The translations under genes were made by a program, and so were the position numbers. The notes beneath the pieces were generated by a model. It made no database searches, was not told the origin of the DNA, and was given only the letters and a program-made list of their open reading frames with translations. A stretch of DNA of 64,000 nucleotides from a virus, in the IMG/VR virus record IMGVR_UViG_2887836811_000001, positions 19,490 through 83,489 of that record. One strand, given 5' to 3'. Positions within the stretch are counted from its first letter, which is position 1, and the number at the start of each line of letters is the position of its first letter. Below are positions 45,757 through 55,001 of this stretch, in pieces.

Positions 45757-45949
45757 GGAAAGGGGCGAGGATGAACCCCGCCCCAGTCGCGCTACAAGCT
45801 AACCGTCAATCGTTCAGTATCTTCGGAGTGCCGCTGTCCTCCTGCGCTTCCACATCCCAGCGGCCCGCGCCCAGAAGCTGCCGGGCGTGCATTGAACCGC
45901 AGCCGGGCCGGTCGCCCCAGACTGTCGGGTTGAATGCGGCCGTACAGGG

Positions 45950-46447
45950 TCAGAGATTCCGGCCCGCGTCGTTCGTGTCGGCGGGCATCAGGCCCAGGGT
46001 GCGGGCCGCCGCGAACACGTCGCAGCCATGCGCCTCGTAGGTATCCCACGCGGCGCGCAGGGCGTAGGCCAGGGCCGCCGCGTCAAACGGGTGCAGGGTC
46101 TTGAGCCGCGCCACCAGCGCGTCCCCGTCTACGTTCCACTTCCCGGCCAGTCCGTCCTCCAGGGCGTCCTCCACCTCGGACGCGAGGTACATGGCGCTGT
46201 CGGGACTCACGAACCAGCCGTTCACCGCGTCGAGCATCAGCTTGACCTCGCCCTCGCTGAATTTCAGGCTGCGGACGGCCCTGTCGGAGAGGCGCGCGTG
46301 CAGGGCCAGTGTCTCCCGCGCGAGGTTGGTGACCTCCTCGCCGCTGCCCTGATCCTTCAGGCGCGGCAGGAGAAAGGGCTTGAGAACGGGGTCGGCATTG
46401 ACGCGGAAGTCGATGCGGCCGGTGCGGCTGGGCTTCGGTGCAGTCAT
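45950..46447 (-). CDS. putative RHH-type DNA-binding protein
   Basis: N-terminal RIDFRV strand followed by helices; AGGAG RBS. Confidence 0.6.
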   Translation of the reverse strand: MTAPKPSRTGRIDFRVNADPVLKPFLLPRLKDQGSGEEVTNLARETLALHARLSDRAVRSLKFSEGEVKLMLDAVNGWFVSPDSAMYLASEVEDALEDGLAGKWNVDGDALVARLKTLHPFDAAALAYALRAAWDTYEAHGCDVFAAARTLGLMPADTNDAGRNL

Positions 46448-46486
46448 AAGGGCTCCTATCGGGGGGCAACCTCACCCCGTCCCGCC

Positions 46487-46531
46487 ACTATCAGCCAACT
46501 TAGGCCAGAGCGGGCCAGTATGCCTAGACAA
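46487..46531 (-). promoter_or_regulatory. third, partial copy of the early-block promoter motif
   Basis: GGCCAGAGCGGGCCAG-N5-CTAGACA, with a -10-like hexamer at the same 10-nt spacing as the other two copies. Confidence 0.65.
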
Positions 46532-47033
46532 GACTGGGAAAATTTGGGCCGAGAGGCCGCCTGTCGGGAGCACTTCCACCCGAAAAATCCGGCTTAAACG
46601 GCGCCTGTCGGGGGCATCCAGGGGGAACGCCCCCAGTGGCCCCCGGAGCACCACGCGTCCCCAGGGGGGCAGGGGCGGGGCGGGGGTGCCCGGTGCCGGG
46701 GGGGTGGGGTGCTGGTCGGGGGGCGCGGCTCGATCTGGCCGCCGCGTACCGCTCGACCAGGTCGCCACCAGCAGGCCCCACCCCCACCCCCCAAGTCCCG
46801 CCCCCAGGACCGACCCCGACCAGCCCGCCCGCCGGTTCCCGCTCGACTGCCCCCGCTCGACGACCCGCCCCACCTGCGCGCCCCCAGGACGGCCACCAGC
46901 ACCCCGCGCGGCACGCCCCCGCCCCCACGGGCCGCCCGGAGTGCCGCACGGCCCGCCACGGCCCGCGCAGCGCCGACCACCCGCCCGCCGCGCCCACTTG
47001 AAAACCCGTTCGGCGGGCGCGTATAGTTGACGA

Positions 47034-47114
47034 CGCCAAACAAGTCACGCCTACAACGTGTGCAGATGAAGTCCGGGGGTCAGGCGCGAGGTTAAAACCT
47101 CGCGCCTCGCCTTT
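47034..47114 (+). ncRNA. candidate ~80-nt small RNA
   Basis: TTGAAA (46998)-N18-TATAGT (47022); no ORF; ends in a perfect 12-bp hairpin at 47082-47107. Confidence 0.4.
47082..47107. terminator. perfect hairpin AGGCGCGAGGTT-AA-AACCTCGCGCCT
   Basis: 12-bp inverted repeat. Confidence 0.65.
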
Positions 47115-47237
47115 GTTCGCGCAGGTCCCGCCCGGCAGAAACGCGCCGCCCCCAGCAGGTGCCGGGGGCGCGCGTGACCTTGTGCAACTGGAGGAATGTA
47201 CGGGCGCGGCGTTGCACGGCCGGCCCGCACGTGCAGG

Positions 47238-47777
47238 TTACACGATCACCTCACGCAGCACCCCGCCGAAGTGCCGCACGGGCACGCGCGCCAGGATGAC
47301 CGGCTCGGGGCTGAGCATGAACGCCACGACCGCCACGCCATCCCGCACGGCCTGCACCTGCGCGAGGTGCTCGGCGCTCACCGTCCGCCACGACCGCCCC
47401 GGGGCCGCCTCGCGCGGGTCCAGGGTGAACCCACCCGGCCCGAACGGCCGCAGGGTCAGCAGGCGCGACGGGAACCAGCACGACCCCACGCGCACCCCGC
47501 CCGGCTCAGGGTCCGGGGTCGGCGCGGGCGCTGGGGCGGGCTCGACGTCCGGCGCCGCGTCCGGCTCAGGGGCCGCCGGGGCGGACTGGCCGCCCGCCAG
47601 GGCCGCGCGCACCTCGACCTCATCCAGGCCCAGGGTCGCCGCGAGTCGCCCCGCGTCCCAGTCCTTGAACACGCGCGCCATCCCCAAGTCTTTCTCAGTC
47701 CACCGCAGGCCCTGCAGCTTCCACACGGCCGCGCCGTGCTTCACCGGGTCGAACTTCACAGCACCACCCCCGCTCAC
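47238..47777 (-). CDS. hypothetical protein
   Basis: GTGA coupling to the large ORF. Confidence 0.55.
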   Translation of the reverse strand: MSGGGAVKFDPVKHGAAVWKLQGLRWTEKDLGMARVFKDWDAGRLAATLGLDEVEVRAALAGGQSAPAAPEPDAAPDVEPAPAPAPTPDPEPGGVRVGSCWFPSRLLTLRPFGPGGFTLDPREAAPGRSWRTVSAEHLAQVQAVRDGVAVVAFMLSPEPVILARVPVRHFGGVLREVIV

Positions 47778-50700
47778 TGCGCCCACCCTTCCCGGCGGGC
47801 CTTCTCCGCGATCTGCCCGCGCAGCTCCAGCGCCCGCCGCCCCGCCACCTCGACCCACGCGCCGGGGCAGAACACCGCGCCCCGCTCGTCATACGTCCCG
47901 TGATACTGCACGCCGTCCGCCGTGATGGTCAGCGTATACCCCGGCTCGATCACGGCGGACACCAGGCCCCGCGACCCCACGACGGCCACCTCAACGCCGT
48001 ACCCGGGCACCGCGTCGGCCCCGCCGGCCTCCGGTTCATCCCTGAACGCGTCCAGCACCGCCCGCGCCGCTTCCCGCGCCGCTGGGGTCAGCTGCCGCTG
48101 CCACGCGCCCACACTCGGCGCCCACCTGAACCCGCGCCCCTTGAGCACGCCGCGCATACGCTCGCTCGGCTTCCCGGGGAACACCAGCCGCAGCCGGTCC
48201 GCGTCGCGGTCCTCCTCGACCTGCACGCCGCACACGTCCGCCACGCTCACCGCTTCCACGGCCGCCACCTGCGCCACCTGCACGCGCTGCGCGAGTTTCG
48301 CCCTCAGCCGGCGGATCTCCGCGCCGTTGTTCTTCAGCTTGTAGTCCGGGTATCCCTTCTGCCCCGACCAGTCCGGCTTGAGGTACTTCTCAGCGAGCGC
48401 GCCCGTAATGCCCAGCGCCGCGAGGGCCGCGTGCGGGTCCTTCGACCGGCACGCCTTGTTCACGGCCTTCATGTGCTCCTGCTCCTGCTCCCGCTTCGCC
48501 AGGGCCGCCGCCGTGCCGTCCGCCCGCTGCGCGGCGTTCTGCTGGGGTCCCTCACGCAGGACGCGCAGAATCCGCGCCCGGCGCCGCTCCGACCACGTGA
48601 GCAGCTCCGTCAGGGCGTTGTGCGCCGCGTCAAGGCGCTTGCGGTTACGCGCCGTGGGGAACTTCGACCCGCCCGTGATCATGGTTGACGCCGTGCGGGA
48701 ATCCCGGCCCAGCTTCACCTGAAGGCGCTGCAGATACCCGGCCTTATACCCGGCGAGTAGCTCCCCGGCCAGCTGCGCGCGGTCCCCCGCATTTGCCTCC
48801 ACCAGCGCCGCGAACGCCGTCACGTGCGAGAAGTAAGACTGCTGCTCCTGCTCCGCGCGCCGCTCTGGCGTGAACGACGTCCAGCGGTGCGCATCGGTCG
48901 CCAGGTCGCGCGGCACGTCCGCCGGGCTGAACGTCACGCCCAGCACCGTCACGACCGGGACGCCGGGCGCCGTGTCGGGGGTCACGACCGGGACAACCGG
49001 GGCCGTGTCGGGCGCACCTTCAGGCGCGACATCATCCGCCGGGCCGCCGGGCGCCGTGTCGGGCGGGGTGTCGAGCGTCCCCACCGGGCCGCCCGGGGCC
49101 GTGTCGGGCGCCGCCGCCGGGGTGGGGGCGCGCTCGACTTCAGCCGCGCCGCGCGCCGCGCCCAGTCCCGCCCCGCCGGGGCCGCCGGGGGCGGGGGGTG
49201 GCTTGATGTCCGGCCCGCCCGCCACGACCAGCACGCCGGGGACGTCCGCGCCCCGCGCCCGCCAGGGGGACCGCAGCGCCGCGAGGATCACGGCCGCCGC
49301 CGCGCCCGCCTGCACCGCCACCGGGTCACCCGCCGCGACCCGCGCGCCCAGCTCCACCAGATCCGCGCCCGGCACCAGCGCCAGCGCCTCAAGGGCCCCC
49401 AGGACCGCCACGGCGCCCGGCTCGATCTCCGGGGCGGGAGTGGGGAACGGCACCAGCGCCGCCCGGCGGGCCTGCACGCCGGCCAGTGTGACCAGGTAAA
49501 CCCGGGCGAGGTGGTACGCGGCGACCGGGGCGGCACCGTTCACGGCCGCCGGGGCGGGGGTGGGGGTGGGCTCGACTGCCGGCGCCTGCAGGACCGCAGG
49601 CGCGGCCACCGGGGCGGGGGCGGGCTCGACTTCCACCGGGGCGGCCACCGGGGCGGCCCGTTCCAACAGGAGCGCCAGCAGGGCCCGCGCCTCACGGGCA
49701 TACGCTCCAGCGATGCCCGCCGCGCGCATACCTGCACTCAGCCGCGCCGGATCGATCAGGGCCGCGCGGCCGGTCGTCCGGTCGTGCCCGCTGCCGTCCG
49801 AGGTCGTCGCGGACACCAGCACCAGCCGCCCGCCCGCGCAGAGTTGCACGTCCACGCCCGGCCGCCACCCGGCGCGCTTCTTAAACGCGCTCGACAGGCG
49901 CCGCCCAGGATGCGCCCAGGCCGGCGCGCCCCCTGCATCTGTGTTGGTGAACCAGGCCACGCCGTCAGGGTCGCACCCCGGCAGGGTGCCCGCCGCGAGG
50001 GCCGCGCGGACGTGATCCGACAGGGCCGCACTCCCGCGCACGTCACCAGGACGGAACACCAGCGACCGCGCCGCCGGGGCGCCCAGCTCCGGGAACGCCG
50101 GGGCCTGCAGGACGGCCGGCGCGGCCAGCGGGGCGGGCTCGACGGCCGGCACCTGCACGGCCGCCGGGGTGGGGGTGGGGAATAGTGGGGTCACGGCCGC
50201 CCGGCGGGCCTGCAGGCCCGCGAGGGTCAGCAGGAACGGCCGCGCCCAGCCCAGCCGCCACGCGTCCGCCCGCGCGGCCCGCGCGTCATGCCGGGTGACC
50301 GTGGCGGCCAGCTCTGCCGGGGTGACGTGCTCGACATCCGGCGCGAGGCGCGCAGGGCCGCCCGGGAACGTCGCGCCCACGTTCAGCCCCGGCAGGACCC
50401 GCCCGGGGCGCGTGCCGGTCTCCCGGGCGAGCAGCGCGGCCAGCTCGACACGCACGCCAGGGCCCGCCGCGATCCGGTCCGCCGCGCGCCCCCAGCCCGC
50501 CGCGATCAGGCGAACGCGCCGCGCGTCCGCCCACGCCCCGCCGGCCTCATAGGCATGCGCCGCCGCGCGCAGCGTCCCGGCCGCCTCACGCAGCGCCAGG
50601 GCCGCCCGGACCGACCCGCGCAGCGCCAGCAGGGCCGCCCGCGCCTCACCCCGCACGCCGCGCAGGGCCCGCCGCGCCGCGCGGTACAGGGTGCGCCCGT

Positions 50701-52321
50701 CGCGCCGCTGCTCCAGCAGGTACGCCGACCGGATCAGGTCCGGGCAACGGGCCGCCGCCGCCCAGCGCAGCGCCAGTGCCCCCCACGCCGTCCCACTCCC
50801 GGCGGGACCCGTGAAGCGCCGCGCCGCGCGGGCCAGGGTGCGCCGGGGCCGCTCGACTGCCGGCGCGACCGTGGCCGCCGGCGCGGCCATGAGGTGTGCA
50901 TGCCACGCCCCCACCCCCAGCACGTCACGCGCCCAGGTCGCTGCCGCCGGCACCGCGTCCCCGTCACGATTGAAGATGGCGACCGCGCCGCAGGTCTCCC
51001 GGACCAGCACCGCCACCCCGCCGGGCAGGTCGCGCACCGTGAACGACCCGCCGCGCTTCAGTTGCGCCAGGGCCGCCGCGCTCAGGGCGTGGGCCCCGCC
51101 GTCATGCCCCCACGACACCTCACACCCGCCCGGCCAGCGATCCCCGCCGCGCACCCCTTCCCCCAGCAGGTACAGGCCCGCCGCGCAGAGCGCCGCGTGA
51201 TCCGTCAGGCCCGCGAGGCGCACCCAGCGCACCGCCTCACCGGCCGGGATGGAGAACGACGCGAGAACCGGCGCCGTCCGCATCTGATCCAGCAGGCGCC
51301 GGAAGTCGGGCCGCTCGCAGTCCCCCGGCAGATCCGCGCGGACCGACACGGCGACCGACCCGCCCAGCAGGTACGCCCGCGCGCCCCCCGCGAGCAGCTC
51401 GACACGCCCCCGCACACCCGCCAGCGTCACCAGGGGCAGCAGCTCCCCCGCAGGCCACGCCCGCCCGACCGGCAGCGCCCCCAGCACGGGCCGCGCCTCC
51501 GCGATGGTGTACCCGTCCGAGGTCCGCAGGTGCCCGCTGTCTTCCCACGCGTACCAGAACGCCCGCTGATTCCCGCCCCCCGCCCCGTCCAGCACGGCGC
51601 GCAGCTCCGGCACGTTGAACACCGCGCCGTCCGCGTCGCCCGCGTGCAGGTCCAGCGACGCGCGCAGGGCCGCCGCGTGCCGCTCGATGGCGTACGCGTC
51701 GCGCGCCGTGTTCTGCGCGAGGTCTAGCACCCGCTGCGCCGCCGCCGCCGCCCCGTGCACCTCATCCCGCACGCGGCCCAGTTCGACCCGCCGCGACGTT
51801 TCCGCCGAAGTCAGCGCCCGCGCGCCCTTCTCCCCTTCCCGCTTCCAGCCCTTGACCCCGAACACCTCAACGCCCAGCGCGTCATACGCCGCCCCGGCCG
51901 CCTTAAATGCGGCGACGGTCTCGGCATGGTGGGCGCGCGCCGCGTTCAGCCGCGCTTCTTCTTCCGCCGCCGTGCCCGGCAGGACCGGGCGCCGCGCGAA
52001 CTCCAGCCCGTGAACGGTCAGCAGGCCCGCCGCGCTCAACTCCAGCGCGGCCAGGTCGCCCGCGCCGCCCTTGACCAGCGGGAGCGCCGCGAGCCAGCCG
52101 GGGCACAGCATCCACAGGCCGGACACGTCCGCCGCGCCGGTCTCGACATCCAGCCGCACGGCCGCGCCGCCCGCCGTGAACGTCGCCACCGCGTACCCGT
52201 TCCCGGTCGGGGTGACCTGCAGGAACGCGTGAAACGCCGCCAGGGCCGCGCGGGAACGGGGGGCGAATTTGCCCAGGGCATTCAGGGCAGCAGTCAGAAT
52301 TTTCTTGGTCGTGAAGATCAT
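47774..52321 (-). CDS. 1515-aa multidomain (polyvalent-type) protein with C-terminal DUF3560-like region
   Basis: GAGGT RBS; TSFTPERRA, STMITGGSKFP, RLRLVFPGKPSE...GFRWAPSVGAWQR; Pro/Ala linkers and repeats. Confidence 0.7.
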   Translation of the reverse strand: MIFTTKKILTAALNALGKFAPRSRAALAAFHAFLQVTPTGNGYAVATFTAGGAAVRLDVETGAADVSGLWMLCPGWLAALPLVKGGAGDLAALELSAAGLLTVHGLEFARRPVLPGTAAEEEARLNAARAHHAETVAAFKAAGAAYDALGVEVFGVKGWKREGEKGARALTSAETSRRVELGRVRDEVHGAAAAAQRVLDLAQNTARDAYAIERHAAALRASLDLHAGDADGAVFNVPELRAVLDGAGGGNQRAFWYAWEDSGHLRTSDGYTIAEARPVLGALPVGRAWPAGELLPLVTLAGVRGRVELLAGGARAYLLGGSVAVSVRADLPGDCERPDFRRLLDQMRTAPVLASFSIPAGEAVRWVRLAGLTDHAALCAAGLYLLGEGVRGGDRWPGGCEVSWGHDGGAHALSAAALAQLKRGGSFTVRDLPGGVAVLVRETCGAVAIFNRDGDAVPAAATWARDVLGVGAWHAHLMAAPAATVAPAVERPRRTLARAARRFTGPAGSGTAWGALALRWAAAARCPDLIRSAYLLEQRRDGRTLYRAARRALRGVRGEARAALLALRGSVRAALALREAAGTLRAAAHAYEAGGAWADARRVRLIAAGWGRAADRIAAGPGVRVELAALLARETGTRPGRVLPGLNVGATFPGGPARLAPDVEHVTPAELAATVTRHDARAARADAWRLGWARPFLLTLAGLQARRAAVTPLFPTPTPAAVQVPAVEPAPLAAPAVLQAPAFPELGAPAARSLVFRPGDVRGSAALSDHVRAALAAGTLPGCDPDGVAWFTNTDAGGAPAWAHPGRRLSSAFKKRAGWRPGVDVQLCAGGRLVLVSATTSDGSGHDRTTGRAALIDPARLSAGMRAAGIAGAYAREARALLALLLERAAPVAAPVEVEPAPAPVAAPAVLQAPAVEPTPTPAPAAVNGAAPVAAYHLARVYLVTLAGVQARRAALVPFPTPAPEIEPGAVAVLGALEALALVPGADLVELGARVAAGDPVAVQAGAAAAVILAALRSPWRARGADVPGVLVVAGGPDIKPPPAPGGPGGAGLGAARGAAEVERAPTPAAAPDTAPGGPVGTLDTPPDTAPGGPADDVAPEGAPDTAPVVPVVTPDTAPGVPVVTVLGVTFSPADVPRDLATDAHRWTSFTPERRAEQEQQSYFSHVTAFAALVEANAGDRAQLAGELLAGYKAGYLQRLQVKLGRDSRTASTMITGGSKFPTARNRKRLDAAHNALTELLTWSERRRARILRVLREGPQQNAAQRADGTAAALAKREQEQEHMKAVNKACRSKDPHAALAALGITGALAEKYLKPDWSGQKGYPDYKLKNNGAEIRRLRAKLAQRVQVAQVAAVEAVSVADVCGVQVEEDRDADRLRLVFPGKPSERMRGVLKGRGFRWAPSVGAWQRQLTPAAREAARAVLDAFRDEPEAGGADAVPGYGVEVAVVGSRGLVSAVIEPGYTLTITADGVQYHGTYDERGAVFCPGAWVEVAGRRALELRGQIAEKARREGWAQ

Positions 52322-52372
52322 AGAATACCTCAGATGAAGCGCGGGCAGCCAGCAGGGGCCGCCCGGGAGTGT

Positions 52373-52672
52373 TTAGGCTGTGAGGGTGTACAGGCGCACC
52401 AGCGCGCCCGGGGCCGCCGGGGCGGGGGTGAGCTCGTCGCGCACCATGAACGGCGTTTCAGCGCGCAGCAGGTCCGCGCCCGTGAGGGCCTGCACCGTGA
52501 ACCCGGCAGCGGTCAGCAGCTTCTCAGCGGTCCGGGCGCCCAGCTCATCCCGCACGGTGAGCCGCAGATAGCCCCCCAGGACCCGCGCGCCGTCCCCGAC
52601 CAGCGGCACGCCGCCGCGACGCAGCAGGGCCGACAGGCGAGCAGAGAACCCGGCCGCGCTGTAGCCGCTCAC
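52373..52672 (-). CDS. hypothetical protein
   Basis: GTGA coupling. Confidence 0.55.
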   Translation of the reverse strand: MSGYSAAGFSARLSALLRRGGVPLVGDGARVLGGYLRLTVRDELGARTAEKLLTAAGFTVQALTGADLLRAETPFMVRDELTPAPAAPGALVRLYTLTA

Positions 52673-53382
52673 AGCGCCACCGCCGCAGCAGGAGCGGCGG
52701 CCAGGGCCGCCCCGGGGACGCGGGCGAGGTATTCAGCGGCCAGCCCCCAACGGTTCACGTTGAACTCTGCACACTCCGCCTCCAGCAGTTCGACGGCCGC
52801 CACGGCACGCGCGGCCGGCCGGAACGCGTTCCCGTACTCCGTGCCGCGATACTCCCGCACGTACTCCCGGGCGGCCAGGGCCACCACGCCGCGCAGCGCC
52901 ACCGCGTACCGCTCGACACTAAACGCGCCGCGCATGATGTGCCCCGCCGCCGTGGCGTGCAGGTTCACGCGCGCCTGATAGGCGGGCTTGCAGGACGTAT
53001 CCAGGTACATGAACAGCTGGGCGCCCTCAACGCTCACGCCGTGCGCCGTGCGCTCAGGGGCGACGGGGGCGGGCTCGATCACAAACGCGGCCAGCGCCTC
53101 ACCGAGCGCCACGGCCCGCGCGCACTTCCGGGCGGCCTCCAGGGTGGGGAACGAGTCGCCCAGGTTGCGGACGTCCCCGGCGGCGCTGATAGCCCCGGCG
53201 ACCCAGTAACGGCGCGTGGCGCCCTCACCGGGCAGGGAGTGCACGAAGTAGCGCCCGGCCAGCAGGCCGCCGTGATACTGCGCGCCAGTGTGCCCGCCGG
53301 TGAAGAAGGTGCGCCCGGCGGCGTTGTTTGCGGCCTTGATGGCGGCCAGCGAGGGGAACGAGAAACGGGGTTCAGTGTTCAT
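52669..53382 (-). CDS. hypothetical early protein (two fused small domains)
   Basis: GGAGG RBS lies within the repeated promoter unit. Confidence 0.7.
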   Translation of the reverse strand: MNTEPRFSFPSLAAIKAANNAAGRTFFTGGHTGAQYHGGLLAGRYFVHSLPGEGATRRYWVAGAISAAGDVRNLGDSFPTLEAARKCARAVALGEALAAFVIEPAPVAPERTAHGVSVEGAQLFMYLDTSCKPAYQARVNLHATAAGHIMRGAFSVERYAVALRGVVALAAREYVREYRGTEYGNAFRPAARAVAAVELLEAECAEFNVNRWGLAAEYLARVPGAALAAAPAAAVAL

Positions 53383-53482
53383 GAGGTGCCTCCAGTTGCG
53401 CGCCGGTCAAGCGCGACAAGGCGAGTATGGGCCACGGCAGGCCAGAGCGGGCCAGATTGACTAGACAGCTGAGCCAGGACAG
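53373..53482 (-). repeat. ~110-bp promoter/RBS repeat, copy 1
   Basis: Highly similar to 54893-55001. Confidence 0.85.
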
Positions 53483-53694
53483 ATCCACCCCCGACCAGCC
53501 CGCGCAGCGCCCAGCCCGCCCGGAAGCGTGGCGGGTGACTGGGTGCACGAAAAGCGCCGCCAGGGGATGCCCGGCGGCGCTCAGAGAGAGGGGAGTGTGT
53601 TACTCCGGCCGTGCGTCCTGCCGCCAGCCCCGCGCGGTCAGGGCCGCGCCACCCACGAGAGATCCAAGACCCGCGCCGACCAGCCCGCGCAGCG

Positions 53695-53865
53695 TCACTG
53701 CGTACCCGCCCGGCGGGGCTCGACATCCCACAACCGAGCGCCCAGCAGCAGCAGGCCCAGCCCCACCCACACCAGCACGGCCGACCCGTGAGGGGAGAGG
53801 GCGCGAAGCAGGACCGCGAACCCCAGCAGCGCGAGCACCAGCCCGGCCAGGTGCGCCCGGATCAC
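53695..53865 (-). CDS. small 2-TM membrane protein
   Basis: Two hydrophobic stretches; coupled. Confidence 0.55.
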   Translation of the reverse strand: MIRAHLAGLVLALLGFAVLLRALSPHGSAVLVWVGLGLLLLGARLWDVEPRRAGTQ

Positions 53866-54251
53866 AGCGCCACCCCCCGCAGCGCGTGCAGGCCCCGCAA
53901 GTAGGCCGCGATGTTCAGCGGCAGGTGGCCGCAGGTGACGCCCGCCCCGACCCGGTACCAGCGCGCCACGGTGCCCGCACCCGCCACGCCCGCCGGGATC
54001 AGGGTCCCCGAGTTCCACGCCGGCAGCAGGACGTCCGCCACGGGCGACGACGTGCCGCGCCCGTTCACGACGACCGCGAACCCGCCGCCCGGGAACACGA
54101 CCCGGAAGGCGTACCCGCCCGCCCGCCGCGCCCCGCGCCGCTCGACGTCCGCCAGGGCCGCCCCCACGCCCGCCACGACGGCAGGCCCGCGCAGCGCCGA
54201 CCCCGGCAGGGCCAGCATGGGGAACGCCCACAGGTGCGCCCCGCCGTTCAC
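53862..54251 (-). CDS. hypothetical protein
   Basis: GTGA coupling at both ends. Confidence 0.5.
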   Translation of the reverse strand: MNGGAHLWAFPMLALPGSALRGPAVVAGVGAALADVERRGARRAGGYAFRVVFPGGGFAVVVNGRGTSSPVADVLLPAWNSGTLIPAGVAGAGTVARWYRVGAGVTCGHLPLNIAAYLRGLHALRGVAL

Positions 54252-54427
54252 AGCGTCCCCCGCGCGTCCCGGTCCAGCACCCAGCAGCCCGCCCCGGTGA
54301 CGGCCGCCAGGATCACGCCCGGCAGGATGAAGCCCAGGGAGAAGCACGCAAACGCCAGGAACCCACCCAGCAGGACCAGCACCGCGAGCAGGCCCAGCAG
54401 CAGCCCGACCACATCCGCGCCCGTCAC
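54248..54427 (-). CDS. 59-aa 2-TM membrane protein (not in ORF track)
   Basis: MTGADVVGLLLGLLAVLVLLGGFLAFACFSLGFILPGVILAAV...; GTGA coupling at both ends. Confidence 0.6.
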   Translation of the reverse strand: MTGADVVGLLLGLLAVLVLLGGFLAFACFSLGFILPGVILAAVTGAGCWVLDRDARGTL

Positions 54428-54696
54428 TGCGCGCCCCCGAACAGGTACGCCCAGCGGTCAGCGGCGGCGAGGTCCCCGCAGAGGTTCGTCCAGCCGCCCG
54501 CGCAGCCCTGACGCCAGTCCTGCAGCAGCTGCGGGTCAGCCACCGCGCGCCGCGCGACGTCCAGGTCGTTGAGCAGGAAGCACAGCGCCAGCACGGCCGC
54601 CGCGACCGCCCACCAGAACGCGAAGGTGAGCGCGTCATGCAGGACGGGGCGATCGTGCAGGGCCAGCCGGACACCCGCCAGCGCCGCCCGGATCAC
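54424..54696 (-). CDS. small membrane-anchored protein
   Basis: TM segment FAFWWAVAAAVLALCFLL; C-terminal Cys pair. Confidence 0.6.
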   Translation of the reverse strand: MIRAALAGVRLALHDRPVLHDALTFAFWWAVAAAVLALCFLLNDLDVARRAVADPQLLQDWRQGCAGGWTNLCGDLAAADRWAYLFGGAQ

Positions 54697-54902
54697 AGCG
54701 CCACCAGCTCAGCCACGGGGGCGGGCTCGACAGGCTCGACGGTGACGCGCTCACCAGGGCGGGCGACGACGGCGGCCAGCGCGTCAGCCGTCACGCGGTC
54801 CAGCTGCGAGGCGCGGAAGGTGACGAAGCCGTCAGGCAGGGCGCAGGTCAGGGTGAAGCGCGCGACGGTGTGAGGGTGGGCCAGTACAGGTGCAGTGTTC
54901 AT
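54693..54902 (-). CDS. hypothetical early protein
   Basis: GGAGG RBS lies within repeat copy 2. Confidence 0.65.
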   Translation of the reverse strand: MNTAPVLAHPHTVARFTLTCALPDGFVTFRASQLDRVTADALAAVVARPGERVTVEPVEPAPVAELVAL

Positions 54903-55001
54903 GAGTTCCTCCAGTTGCCCGCCGGTCAAGCGGGGTAAGGGCAGTATGGGCCACGGTGGGCCAGAGCGGGCCAGATTGACTAGACAACTGAGCCAGGACA
55001 G
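54893..55001 (-). repeat. ~110-bp promoter/RBS repeat, copy 2
   Basis: Highly similar to 53373-53482. Confidence 0.85.

Noticed and set aside
53373..55001. CRISPR array
   Set aside because: Only two long copies 1.5 kb apart, each containing an RBS and start codon. No repeat-spacer periodicity is seen anywhere in the window.
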